This document shows positions 26,463 through 40,124 of a stretch of 64,000 nt of DNA, one piece after another (position 1 is the stretch's first letter; each line of letters opens with the position of its first letter). The notes beneath the pieces were generated by a model that saw only the letters and a list, made by a program, of their open reading frames with translations, made no database searches and was not told the origin of the DNA. Source of the stretch: Mytilus edulis (lineage: Eukaryota); the NCBI RefSeq assembly GCF_963676685.1, contig NC_092357.1:3348001-3412000 (forward strand), read 5' to 3'. Made by a program: the position numbers and the translations under genes.

Positions 26463-28337
26463 ATTAAAACAAACTGGTATATAGTACAGCACATTTAAAA
26501 TGCCAGTGGAAAAAGAAGTAATGTTGAATAGAGGCAAACCATTAACATAACTTAGGTTTCGATGAACACCAGTAACATATATGCCGAGTATTATTGTTAT
26601 TTTGTTACGGTGGAAAGCAAACAAAAACAGTCCTATATAAAATATTTTCTGAGCTATTTGTCAAATATAAAAAAGACAGTAGAAGGAATTATGATATATA
26701 TAGCTGATGATAACAATAATAATAATTGTAATTAGAACATAATATTAATAACATTGAAAACACAGCAATAAAACAACTCGCGGTTTTAGCATCAACTATG
26801 TTAACACGACGTGTGCCACAGTTGGAGCAAGATCTGATAAGCAGCTGAGATCGCTCTGTTTTTATGGTGTTTGTGCTGCTCAGTGTTTAGTTTTCTTTGT
26901 TGTGTTTTGTGAACTATTGTTTGTCTGTTTGTCATTCTCTTTCTAGCCATTGGGTTGTCAGTTTATTTTTGACTTGTAAGTTTGAATTCCTCTCATATAT
27001 TTTGTTTTTTTCTTTTTGACTGCCTATCGCGAAACTAAGTTTTGCCATACATGATTTAGCGTACATTAATTGACAAATCAGTACTGCATTAAAGAGATCC
27101 TAATTGACAGTTGTAACACAATTGACCGAGAACACCAGACTTGAAGGTTGCACATTACACCAAGATCTGATAAAATGTTTCACCTTTGCGACTCAGTTGA
27201 CATCGGTAATGAATACAGTTATATTATACCTTGTAAATATTTCAAAGATGATAGAAACAAATATTTACCACAATATTGTAAATCTGATAAAAATGTTATA
27301 AAATTCGAACAAGTATATTCAACCCGAAATTGTGTTGAAATTGAGAAACTCTGAAGATTTATTAAATGTACTTCTGTGAAAGTCTATTCGTTATAGATAA
27401 TGCATATTTTAAGATTTTTCTTGTTGTAGAACACCCCGAGGTGTGTTCTACGACAAGAAAACAACTTTTGCAGCTTGGTGCTATGTTTTTTCAATTGTGA
27501 TGACATTTCCACCGCGTAAAAGAGGTTAATTTGTCAACAATTTTAATTAAATCGAATGAAATATCCAGAAAGATTGTCTTTTGAATAGCAATACATTTTG
27601 TTAACAGATAATCAGTATACAATTATATACCCTCCCCATCCGCCCCCTTTTGAGAGTTTCGTGAATGTTATTCTTTTATTAGTTGATCATTTGATATAGT
27701 AAAAGACATATATACATAAATTTAAAAAAGTTAAGAACTGACACGAAAACGAATATAGATACATATAGGTTACAGTATCATTTCATATTCAGTGTGTATC
27801 GTCCTGAACATGCATGAACAATTTGCCACTGGACGTTAAGCAACCAACAATCAATCAACCTTTTCAGTGTGACTCAATAAGATTTTCAAATCTTACACAG
27901 GAATATGTTAAATCTAGCTTTATTTCATGAAAATCTACACTAAAATACTATAAATTCTGTATTTAAGCGATAAATTAACAAAACTTTAATGAAACTAAAA
28001 TTAAAATGTGGTCAGTGATTTTTTTTGTACCTATCATTGATTAAACTTTAAAAAAATAAATTCCCAAATCGGCAACAAAAAACTATCAGACGAATTTGAT
28101 TTTGAAGTAACTTATAGATTCTATTTTTTTAAGGAAAATAATGACCTAACACAGGTCATTATTTTATGCCTTGGAGCATATTTCATTGAAACATGGTATA
28201 TCGTCCGGGTTGATTCTGAAAAAGAATGACCTATGGTTCTGTAATAGTTATACACCGAGGGAAAGGTGTGTCTGGATAAGAAACCCCGTCGGCCGGAGGC
28301 CGGATAGGGGGTTTCTTATCCAGACACGCCTTATCCC

Positions 28338-28628
28338 CTTCCCTTTCCTGAATGTGACCTACCGAATTAGACTATTTACCGGATTTGTTATCACATAAGC
28401 AACACGACGGGTGCCGCATGTGGAGAAGGATCTGCTTACCCTTCCGGAGTACCTGAGATTACCCCTAGTTTTTGGTGGGGTTCGTGTTGTTTATTCTTTA
28501 GTTTTCTATGTTGTGTCATGTGTACTATTGTTTTTCTGTTTGTTTTTTTCATTTTTAGCCATGGCGTTGTCAGTTTGTTTTAGATTTATGAGTTTGACTG
28601 TCCCTTTGGTATCTTTCGTCCCTCTTTT
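28338..28628 (+). repeat. Well-preserved copy of abundant bivalve repeat (cttacccttccggag..cctgag family)
   Basis: Diverged relatives at ~26795-27000, 23630-23755(-), 59030-59120(-). Confidence 0.7.
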
Positions 28629-29919
28629 ACATCCCATTCTAAGCTCTATATTGTTAACATTGATTATTAGATGAAAAAAAAACCGATAGCATATATTTTA
28701 TTAACAATATCAAACCATAATTACTAAGATCTTTGTTTATTACATGAAACCCCACTAGTAACCTTATTTTGGTTATCTTTGTTCAAACTTTGACAAGTGA
28801 GTATATTTTACCAATGTCAATGTTGTTTTGCATATTCCAATTAAATCCATGGGTTAATATAGATCAGCAGGTCAAGGTTAAAAAAAAAAAGGTTGACCGT
28901 ATCGTGTATTCTTATTTACAAACAAAAAATACGTCATGCTCCTTGTATGCAGTTGTCAACATGGAAGGGTATGAGACGGACGACCTTTTGTGGCAAGCGT
29001 TGGATTCGGTAGAAGAGACTAAAGATAAAGGCAATACCATAACCCAAAGTACTTACCTGTATCAGTTTAATTAAGGTAATCATAACTACACTTTTTATCT
29101 TACGTTTTTATAGACAAAAAAACCCTCATCAGAATAAATAAACTTTCATATTCAGGCTTACAAAGGGATAAGTGTGTCTGCAATAGAAACCCGACTACCA
29201 GACACGCCCAGCATACAAATATACATATTTAATATGTCGTTACTCTCTCCTTTGGGTGCATGGGCTGATCCAGCTGGGGGTTTCCAACTCAACAGAAAGG
29301 GGGTGGGGTTCCAATCAAATATATTGATCTTTTTAATCGGGTTCATCCTGCGGAATCCCAAACCCTTGGATAACGGGGGAGGGGCGAGAGTTAGAATGCC
29401 CCTTTAAAAAAATATCACTGCGTTAGAATAGAAACAAATGACTGGGATAGAAAATATTACTTTCAGCAAAGGAGTAATTAAAGGATTATTTTTGTATTCA
29501 AAATAGATGCCTAATTTTTTTTCGCTATTGGAATTTTCTAAAATGTTTTTTTTTTAATATCTTGAAACAGTCTGTAGTGAACACTGTTAGTAATTTTTTA
29601 TGTTCATGCTATTTAAAGACTAATCAATTTCTATTGTTACGAATAACAATGAACTTTGTTTGCGGGATGTAGAAGCAGGGGTTTCCAGAAACCCCGCTCG
29701 TCACACCCTGTGGTCGAAATCCATTGTTATTCGTAACAATAGTTCTATTCAATTTACACGTGTTTCAACAATAGAAACTATGAAGTATAACAATAGAACT
29801 GGGGTGTAAGAAAGGAAATAACTCCATATAGGTATATAATCCTGGTTAAACAACTATTGTATATGTGTGTATTTATCTTTTGCCAAACTTTTTGAGGAAT
29901 TACTTTTATAATTATGATA

Positions 29920-30205
29920 AAATTGAGAATGGAAATGGGGAATGTGTTCAAGTGAAAACAACCCGACCATAACGCAGACAACAGCCGAAGGGAACCTATG
30001 GGTCTTTAATGCAACGGAAAACTCCCACACCCGGAGGTGTCCTTCAGCTTGACCCTACACAAATATGTAAACCAGTTCAGTGATAATGGACGTCATACTA
30101 AACTCCGAATTATACACAAGAAACTAGAATTAAAAACGATGCAAGACTAACAAAGGCCAAAATGCTCTTGATTTGAAACAGGCGCATAAATGCGGCGGGG
30201 TTAAA
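29920..30205. repeat. Interspersed repeat (gagaatggaaatggggaatgtg...acaacccgacc family)
   Basis: Second copy at 38955-39218; fragments at 18030-18085 and 23560-23625. Confidence 0.75.
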
Positions 30206-30805
30206 TACAGTCAAACTCAGTTTAAGATGGAGAAGTCCGAGTCCGATGTCAGAATAGGAAATAAAAGAAAAAAAAAAAGAAATTACAATCCTACATAAAT
30301 TTCAACAGACTACTAGCAGTTACTGACATGCCAGCCCCAGACCTCAATTAAACTGATTGAAAGATAAACATATATCAAGTATAATCCTTAAATTTATTAA
30401 AAATATATTACTTAAAAACAAAGTTACATTGAATCATTTTTGTGCGTGTACATATCCCTCTGAATCATGCGTTCATTTATTACGTGGTATTGTTAACAAT
30501 ATTAAAATTTCGTGTATATATAAATTGTTTCAGTTCTTTCCAGTTGATATCCCTTTCGGCCCTTTTTATTGTTGATTCTTTTCTGTTTGCAAATCTTCGC
30601 TCTCTTCTGTTCGACCGTAAAAAAAGTGGTGCACACGTGTAATTAAAAAGTGACAGGAACAATGTTTAAGTGTGTCCTTCTAATTTAATTCTACAAAGGA
30701 GTAAATAATGATACAAACTTTGATTACGTCGAGGTCCCATGACAAACATTTGTCAATGGGCTGATAGACAAAACACTTTCAGCCAATCAGAAAGGGTGTT
30801 TTATA

Positions 30806-31387
30806 AAGGAGTAGGTCCAGTAAGACCCCTTTTTGGCCCCAAAATATAACAGTTTTACAAAATTGTTAAAATGTAAACTTTTAGATATTTATTGGACAGT
30901 AGAATGCCTCTGCTACATAAATATGGGCTGTATTTGACAATACAATGCGCATATATCGGGTACTAGCACCATTAAGTCATGCTAAATTACTGAAATCTTC
31001 ACAATTCTAGCATTTTAGTTAAATTTTAAACGGTTTTCGTGTAAAACAAAAGTAGCCGCATTCGTGTTCATCCTTAATATTCAAATATACGTTGTATTGT
31101 ACGATAATACATAAGATATATAAAGGTTGAGGATGAACACGGATGCGGCCTCTTTCATTTTTGACAAAAACCATCTGGAAAGTGACATTTTTCTGCATAT
31201 TTGATAGATTTTTCCTGTTTGAGCTTGAATCTGACCGTTTTAAATGACTAACTCAGTTAAAATCTTTCACATAAACTAAATGAATCAAATGAAATAGACA
31301 CTTAAGTGTTTGAAAAGTGGTCAAAATCTTTCGTCATATGAACCTGAAATTTGAGGCCATAATGGGTCCTTACCGGACCTACTCCTT
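30806..31387. mobile_element. 582-bp MITE with ~40-bp TIRs and TA target-site duplication
   Basis: TA|aaggagtaggtccagtaagacccctttttggccccaaaat ... atttgaggccataatgggtccttaccggacctactcctt|TA. Confidence 0.9.
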
Positions 31388-31389
31388 TA

Positions 31390-31610
31390 CTGTTTGCAAA
31401 AGTACGTATTATCCGAAATACTACGGATTTGCTTATCCCAGGCATGGTTAACCTTAGCACAACCTTTTGGAAATTTGGGTCATCAATGTACTTCGACTTA
31501 GTACTTATTTGGCTTAATTACTATTTTGATCAGAGCGTCACTGGTGAGTCTTATGTAGATGAAAAATACGTATGGTATATTAAATTACCAATTACCTTTG
31601 ATAACTATCA
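31390..31610 (+). mobile_element. Retrozyme family 1 fragment with decayed hammerhead (31535-31575)
   Basis: gcgtca-CTGGTGA-gtct-tatgt-agat-GAAA-aatacg-TA-tggtat. Confidence 0.65.
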
Positions 31611-33181
31611 GCATATGGAAATATCCTATTGTAATGTGTATTTGTTTATTTCTCTGTCCTGACTGTTCTTGCATTTATTTGTACTGTAGTCTTGTCATGT
31701 AATGTTGTCATTTTAGTGTTATATTTAACATTAGTTTGTAGAACGGTTTTGTTTTTTCTCTATCGATTTATGAATTTCGAACAGCGGTATACTACGGTTG
31801 CCTTTATTTATATTTAACATTGCCATAAAAGCGCGAGATTTGGCTAGTTGCAAAACCAGGTTTATCTCGTCATTTTTTTCTTTAAATGTCCTGTACCAAG
31901 TAAAAATTACAGTTGTTATCTTATAGTTCGTTTCTGTTTGTGTTGCTAAATGTGGAAGCAGTTACTTTTTTATAAAATAATATCCGTATTTTTGTGGCAG
32001 CCAAAAACTGGTGGCTAGTGTTCAAATCGTAACATACAAGGCTCCTTAACTGGAATACGCTTGTATTACGCTACACTCGAATAACCGGTAAGGCCTAATA
32101 TTGTCGAGCAAAATTTTGTCCTGGAGATTTAAACGAAATTGAACAATACTTTGTTACATATCAACGTACAATATCAGAGCATGTTAATAAACAGAACAGT
32201 GTGTGTCCTTATGCATAGAAAACCATTTATTTAATTAATGCTTAAAATGAATTCCTTTTCTAAATTCAAATAATATATTGCATTATTTAAAGGAAAAAAA
32301 TATCGAAAAACGTATCAAATTGACATAAAACAAATTCCGCTAAACTTATGAATGATGTTGGCACATACAAATGAAGTCATACACAATGGAAACTTATGAA
32401 CTGATCGTTATGGTTTCGACAATACATTTCAACCTGCAAAAAAAATTGTTCCATAAAATTGCTAGGAGGAAAAAAGTATATTCCTTCTAATTTGCGATAA
32501 CATTTCATGGATTGTTGCATTAAATAAAACTTCATGTTTACAATGTGAAGTACGGTTTAATACAAGTAATTTGATTGGACGACTTATCAGGTTGTACAAA
32601 TATCGGATCTCATCGGCTGTCTATGAACAAAGTGTAGTAGTCAGCTGCAAACCAGCTTAACAAGGCTCCGTGTTGAAGGCTGCTCTTTAACGTATAATTG
32701 TGACTTGGATAGAGAGTTGTTTCATTTGCACTCATTTGCACTCATACCACGTCTTCATATATCTAAATAGAAATCTCAAAATGAACGTACTACTATTATT
32801 GTAATAAAAAAACATTTATTTTCAAAATGTTATATCTATCTTTGATTTTGTATGTTTTCTTAAAATAAAAACGGCGGAAGATAACAAAGGGACATATGAA
32901 CGACAAACTAACCTTATAACTTATAAAAATCTAGATTTATAAAACCTGTAATTTTCGTACTACCAAACAAAGTAATCTATTGAATCAAACGTGTTCCACA
33001 TAATACCTGTATCAAGGCAGGAACATGACATTTGTTTTTCAATCGTTTGATGTGTTTGATCTTTTGCCTTTGTTAATTAGAGTATTTTTTGATATTCGAC
33101 TTTTTACGAAAGTTAATATTTGGTTTGTGGATTAGGGAGCGACCATCCAAGATCCGTTCTTGTAATTAACAAACAGGGAAA

Positions 33182-34912
33182 TATCATCAGCAGGAATACT
33201 GGTTGTATTGGTGTTTCTTGCTTTGCATGTATCATCAGCAGGAATACTGGTTGTGTCGGTGTTTCTTGCCATGCATGTATCATCAGCAGGAATACTGGTT
33301 GTGTCGGTGTTTCTTACTATGCATGTATCATCAACAGGAATACTGGTTGTGTCGGTGTTTCTTGCTATGCATGTACCATCAGCAGGAATACTGGTTGTGT
33401 CGGTGTTTCTTACTATGCATGTATCATCAGCAGGAATACTGGTTGTGTCGGTGTTTCTTACTATGCATGTATCATCAACAGGAATACTGGTTGTGTCGGT
33501 GTTTCTTACTATGCATGTATCATCAACAGGAATACTGGTTGTGTCGGTGTTTCTTGCTATGCATGTATCATCAGCAGGAATACTGGTTGTGTCGGTGTTT
33601 CTTGCTATGCATGTATCATCAACAGGAATACTGGTTGTGTCGGTGTTTCTTACTATGCATGTATCATCAGCAGGAATACTGGTTGTGTCGGTGTTTCTTA
33701 CTATGCATGTATCATCAGCAGGAATACTGGTTGTGTCGGTGTTTCTTGCTATGCATGTATCATCAGCAGAAATACTGGTTGTGTCGGTGTTTCTTGCTAT
33801 GCATGTATCATCAGCAGAAATACTGGTTGTGTCGGTGTTTCTTACTATGCATGTATCATCAGCAGAAATACTGGTTGTGTCGGTGTTTCTTACTATGCAT
33901 GTATCATCAACAGGAATACTGGTTGTGTCGGTGTTTCTTGCTATGCATGTATCATCAGCAGGAATACTGGTTGTGTCGGTGTTTCTTACTATGCATGTAT
34001 CATCAGCAGAAATACTGGTTATGTCGGTGTATCAACAGCAGGAATACTGGTAGTGTTGGTGTATCATCAGCAGGAATACTGGTTATGTCGGTGTATCAAC
34101 AGCAGGAATACTGGTTGTGTCGGTATATCATCAGCAGGAATACTGGTTGTGTCAGTGTATCATCAGCAGGAATACTGGTTGTGTCGGTGTATCATCAGCA
34201 GGAATACTGGTTGTGTCGGTGTATCATCAGCAGGAATACTGGTTGTGTCGGTGTTTCTTACTATGCATGTATCATCAACAGGAATACTGGTTGTGTGGGT
34301 GTTTCTTGCCATGCATGTATCATCAGCAGGAATACTGGTTGTGTCGGTGTATCATCAGCAGGAATACTGGTTGTGTCGGTGTATCATCAGCAGGAATACT
34401 GGTTGTGTCGGTGTTTCTTACTATGCATGTATCATCAACAGGAATACTGGTTGTGACGGTGTTTCTTGCCATGCATGTATCATCAGCAGGAATACTGGTT
34501 GTGTCGGTGTTTCTCACTATGCATGTATCATCAGCAGGAATACTGGTTGTGTCGGTGTTTCTTACTATGCATGTATCATCAGCAGAAATACTGGTTATGT
34601 CGGTGTATCAACAGCAGGAATACTGGTAGTGTTGGTGTATCATCAGCAGGAATACTGGTTATGTCGGTGTATCAACAGCAGGAATACTGGTTGTGTCGGT
34701 ATATCATCAGCAGGAATACTGGTTGTGTCAGTGTATCATCAGCAGGAATACTGGTTGTGTCGGTGTATCATCAGCAGGAATACTGGTAGTGTTGGTGTAT
34801 CAACAGCAGGAATACTGGTTGTGTTGGTGTATCAACAGCAGGAATACTGGTTGTGTCGGTGTATCATCAGCAGGAATACTGGTTGTGTTGGTGTTTTTTG
34901 CTTTGCATGTAT
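33182..34912. repeat. Compound 48-bp/32-bp tandem array with 576-bp higher-order duplication
   Basis: atcatcagcaggaatactggttgtgtcggtgt(+ttcttactatgcatgt); diagnostic variant block at 34021 recurs at 34597. Confidence 0.95.
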
Positions 34913-35147
34913 TACCAGCCATGGAAATTAAAAATCGATCAAAATAACGCGATCAGATTTGTATGACTCAATTGACTAACTTATCAGACGACTATAACTG
35001 ATATATCGAGTAGAGGTTCTAAAAAGTCTGTGTCGCTCACCGTGTTCGATGTGCTGCAGTGCAAACTCCAATTATACTGGTATACAGAGTCAAGGCTCTA
35101 AAAGAGCATGTGTTGCTCCCCTTGGTCTATGTGCTGCAGTGCATAGT

Positions 35148-35784
35148 AAACACTCTACAGCATTACAGACAAGAGTATAGTTCACGACACAACTCTCTGT
35201 TTTATTGATGGTGACTTGTTTGTACATCTTACTTTACTAAACACTCTACAGCATTAAAGACAAGAGTATAGTTCACCACACAACTCTCTGTTTTATTGAT
35301 GGTGACTTGTTTGTACATCTTACTTTACTAAACACTCTACAGCATTAAAGAAAAGAGTATAGTTCACCACACAACTCTCTGTTTTATTGATGGTGACTTG
35401 TTTGTACATCTTACTTTACTAAACACTCTACAACATTAAAGACAAGAGTATAGTTCACCACACAACTCTCTGTTTTATTGATGGTGACTTGTTTGTACAT
35501 CTTACTTTACTAAACACTCTACAGCATTAAAGACAAGAGTATATTTCACCACACAACTCTCTGTTTTATTGATGATGACTTGTTTGTACATCTTACTTTA
35601 CTAAACACTCTACAGCATTAAAGACAAGAGTATAGTTCACCACACAACTCTCTGTTTTATTGATGGTGACTTGTTGGTACATCTTACTTTACTAAACACT
35701 CTACAACATTAAAGACAAGAGTATAGTTCACCACACAACTCTCTGTTTTATTGATGGTGACTTGTTTGTACATCTTACTTTACT
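35148..35784. repeat. 91-bp tandem array (7 copies) inside HINE-like element
   Basis: Unit starts 35148, 35239, 35330...; preceded by duplicated ggctct-aaa-agagc..tgtgt.gctc.cc terminus (~35013 and ~35091). Confidence 0.9.
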
Positions 35785-37049
35785 AGACATTCTTGCTGTT
35801 TACAGTTATCTTTATGTATTATTCAAAGTGATAACAAAACAATGCAAACGATTCTTAAAAATACCAATTTAGGGGCAACAAACACTATATTTTTGTGATT
35901 CAACATTTTACTGTTTTTGTTATTTTTATTTAGAGCTTTTATTGGCACTACATTTTTGCTCGTGATTATTCAAAATAATCCCGTTTATTTATCATCTTCA
36001 AAAACTATAACAAAACATATATACTCATTAAAGAATGGTCAATTAATCATAATGAAATGATTTGTTTTCAATTCAGGACAAGATATGTCAGCCAAGCATT
36101 GCTCCTTCAATAATCATTATTGCATAAATGCTAATGTTAGGATAGATATACCTCAAAATGAGAACAACCATAAAACATCACATCAAGCCAAAGAGATTGT
36201 GATGTAATAATAACATCTTAAAGGAAAACCAAGTGTATCTCCATTTTCCTTTTTTTATTGGCTTTGTCTATTTACCACTGTTGGGCGGCCATCCTTTATT
36301 TACGAAATCATAAATACCCACAAGCCAGAAATTAAAGAAACACCAATATTTATTTCAAAGTGTTTATTATAAAGCAAATGGATATATATGATATTAATAC
36401 AAGATATATTTATATAATAAGTCAAATAATATAATATTACAGGTAATGAGTTATAGTTCTTTATATTTCGACAGAAAAAAAAGGCACACAACTGTCTAAA
36501 CAATTATACAAAAACCTTATCATGAGGTCCAGGGGTTGATCTTGCCATTTTGAAAGGGAGTCCTAACCCAGGACAAAAAGGGGGGTGTGGTCCAACTACA
36601 TGTCCCCACTCAAATGCTTTGATCGTCCAAAAAAGGTGGGTTCCAACACCCGGAACCAACCCCCTCGATCCGCTTCTGAGGTCTGTTACACAATGATAAT
36701 ACAAGTACTATTCGATGACTGATTAACATTCATTTAACTATTAATAGAATTTACGCTATCCAGCTACTAAATTTCTGCAATGGCTCAATTTGCTGTATTA
36801 TGATATGATGTTTAAAAATGTGTTTTTCAATTTTAGATATAAAAAATGTAAATCACAAATTAAAAACCAATTCTTCAGAGAACAATTGAAGGTCTTTCCA
36901 CCTCGACAATTAGAATGAAATTTAGAAAAAAAAATTAGAAAGGGTCAATCCTTGTTGATGTAATTTGGTACCTTAACTGATATAGAAAAAAAAGATTAAT
37001 AGGTATATACAGAATATTTAATTGTTTTATAATGAACAAAAACAAATTT

Positions 37050-37920
37050 AAAGCAAAGGTCAAACTCTAGAACGTCAAGTTGACCTTTGCCCTTGACCTC
37101 AATTTCAAGGTCATAGGTCAGTGATCTCGAATAACGATAACAAGCAAACTTCAATATTTATAACATGACCTTGACGTTTGACCTTGACCTCAATTTCAAG
37201 GTCATGGGTCAGTGAACTCAAATTAGAAGGTCCGAGGTCAATCACTTGTATGATTGTGGAGAAATAACGATTTCAAATACATAAGGGGAGAAAACTCCTA
37301 TAAGGGTTAACCAAAACACTTCGACTGAATAAGTTGAAAATGCGCCTTATTGTAAACAGTGATTTTGCAAACATATCATATCATCAACTGTTACAGTTTC
37401 TTTTGAATAACGATAACAAGCAAAATTCAAAATTTATAACATGACCTTGACCTTTGACCTTGACCTCAATTTCCGTTATATGGACCAAGCACTTCATATC
37501 AAAAGACTGGAGGCCTCTACAACTTATACTGTATGAATTAACCCAACATATCGTTTATTTTAAATTTTCAAAGGGAAATAACTCCCATAAGATGTCTTCT
37601 GATCACCCCAGTCGAAGTAAAACAAATCATTCTTAAGAGTAGACAAACAATTTGGTGAAAACATTTTGTAAAAATCTTATACGGTTTTTGAGATATAGCG
37701 ATAACAAGAAAAAGGGGACGCGGGGAGATAACTCCTATAAGAATAAGTGTTCGGTCACACAGGGTGAGTTTTGAAACATCCATTACTGAACAACACCATT
37801 GGCCAAACATCCAATCGATATGTTGTAAAACAAAAAAGCATCTTAGACGCAGAAGAAAAAAAAAAAAAAATAATCAGAAGAAAAACAAAAGGTCTTTCCA
37901 CGAAAAGTTGAAAGACCTAA
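37050..37920 (+). mobile_element. Helentron/HINE-like element (tgacctt-rich) with 3' hairpin
   Basis: Repeated tgaccttgacct..tcaatttcaaggtca; terminal ggtctttcca-cgaaaag-ttgaaagacc (37890-37917). Confidence 0.55.
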
Positions 37921-38358
37921 TTATGATATTGTCATGGCATCTTAACTTGGTTGACTGCATTGATTAGTTTTGCAACAGATGAGTTAAAATATATAATTCA
38001 AATTTCGTATTCACAATCATTTTTATCTTTTCTCTCTGTATCATCACTTAGGTACTGACGCTTATCATCACCTATACTGACGCTTATCATGGTGAAATAG
38101 CAGAAACACAAGGGCAATTTCTACTAGCACTAGTAAAAAAAGGTAAGTCTGGAAAAGTCATATGTTTGTAATACTATATATACAGTTGTTTGTATTTTTG
38201 TTTTTCTGTTTGTTTTTGTCATAATGTTTTCTATGTTTACGCTTTGTCTTTTGTGTTAGATAGGATAATTTTTTCGACAAATTTGTTAACAATGAGAGTA
38301 ATTAAAGCAATTTGCTAAAACTTTATATTTGGTTGGCTTTCTTACTATTTTGATATGA

Positions 38359-38409
38359 GCGTCACTAAAGCATAATGAGTCTAATGAAGACAAAATGCGA
38401 GTCTGACGT
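38359..38409 (+). ncRNA. Decayed hammerhead motif (family 1)
   Basis: gcgtcact[aaagca]taatga-gtct-aatga-agac-aaaa-tgcgag-TC-tgacgt; core disrupted. Confidence 0.5.
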
Positions 38410-40080
38410 ATCAAATTATCAGACTGTTATCTTTGATAACTATTATCCCGTCAAATATACAAAAGGAGAATTACAAGGATAATTTCCCTTAGTTTTTCAT
38501 ATCACAACGTAACTCTTTTCCTTTATCATCACTTTTGACTTGTCCGTCAGTTCTGTTACTGTCACCAAAACTTCTCTCTCACACTAGATTGTCATGCAAC
38601 CTTGTAGTTAATTATGAAATACATTTTAGATGATCATATCTGTTTCATTATTTTCATTTATGAGTTATGCCCATATATTGATTGGCCTAAACATACTACT
38701 GTAACAGCTAATCATCGCCATTCATCGGAAACGACACACAAGAGTTTCACGAGACTTGCAGATATTAAGTAGTTTGTAAATGTGAATGTCCTGAAATAAG
38801 TTTTGGACTAGACGACTCTTCTAGGAGTTATGAGTCTTTGAACATAGGAATCTGATGATATGTTGTTTGCCAGGTGAAAACGTTGGATAATCATTACGTA
38901 TTGTGACCTTGATTTGTTATCTTCAACTATTTATGGTATTTCATTTGAACATTACAGTTGAGAATAGAAAAGGGGAATGTGCCAAAGAGACAACAACCCG
39001 ACCACAGAGCAGACAACAGCAGAAGATCACCAACAGGTCTTCAATGTAACGAGAAATTTCCGCACCCGGAGGCGTCCTTCCGCTGGCCCCTAAACAAATA
39101 TATACTAATTCAGTGATAATGAACGACATACTAAACTCCAAATTGTACACAAGAAACTAAAAGTAAAAATAATACAAGACTAACAAAGGCCAGAGTCTCC
39201 TGACTTGGGACAGGCGCAAAGATTATTGTCGCAATCTTGAGACCAGCAATCTATCTTTCGTTTAGAACTTTTACCAGTGTTAAAATGTTCCAGAAAAAGG
39301 TATATACATATGTACCCCCAAAACAACGATACATGGATTGTTTGCTGCCTGGTAAACCATATATTTCCGTAACACAATTAGAGCTTATTGATAAGAAGAT
39401 CAAATAATAGATATACGGATGTAACACTCAATCATGTCAATAATGAAAACAAGAGCTACTACATGAGAACCAATAATTGACAAATTAACTAACAAAATAC
39501 AAAGCAAAATATAAAAAAAACTATATTGTACACAACATTATATATTCCTTTGCAATAAAAACATCTCAATATGCATATACATTTACATTGCTGAATTATT
39601 TTTTCTATCATTTAAATATTCAATTGTTCTAATAATAAGCAACACAGACCCCCAAAAAACAAGACCATCAAAGACAGATACGGATGTCTTGTATTTATGT
39701 TTCACAGCTTGTTTTAGTATTCTAATATAAAGTTACTTTGTGGATGTAAGGATGCAAAGAACACGAAAAGTATAGTACAAATACCTTGAAAATTATACAA
39801 AAGTGTTGATTGTTATTCCGTCTCAAATCTGAGTTACCTGCATGCTCATTGCTTTTTAAAAATTAGTATTTCAAAAGTAAGGAAAATAATAAAAAAAGGC
39901 TTTTTAGTCTGTATACAAGATGAACACAATATCACAAAATAAGCAGAAAAAATGATAAACAAGGCCAATTCCAAAATTATTTACCAAAAACACCTGTTAT
40001 GTTAATAAAAAGAAATCTATGTAAAAGAATTTTCAAATAAAAGATGAACAAAATGTTTTATAGAAACTATCTTGAACTGA

Positions 40081-40124
40081 GCATCACTGATGATTGTTAT
40101 GTAAACGAAACGCGTGTTTGGTGT
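40081..40124 (+). ncRNA. Minimal type I hammerhead motif (family 1), core boxes intact, helix II weakened
   Basis: gcatca-CTGATGA-ttgttatgtaaac-GAAA-cgcgtg-TT-tggtgt. Confidence 0.7.

Noticed and set aside
33120-34931. 603-aa Cys-rich ORF (GCVGVSCYAC) and overlapping ORFs as metallothionein/structural protein
   Set aside because: All three frames are open simply because the unit lacks stops; 32-bp units swap frames freely; no ATG, signal peptide or splice context
38052-38141. Plus-strand exon candidate with strong gtaagt donor
   Set aside because: No recognisable protein or partner exons
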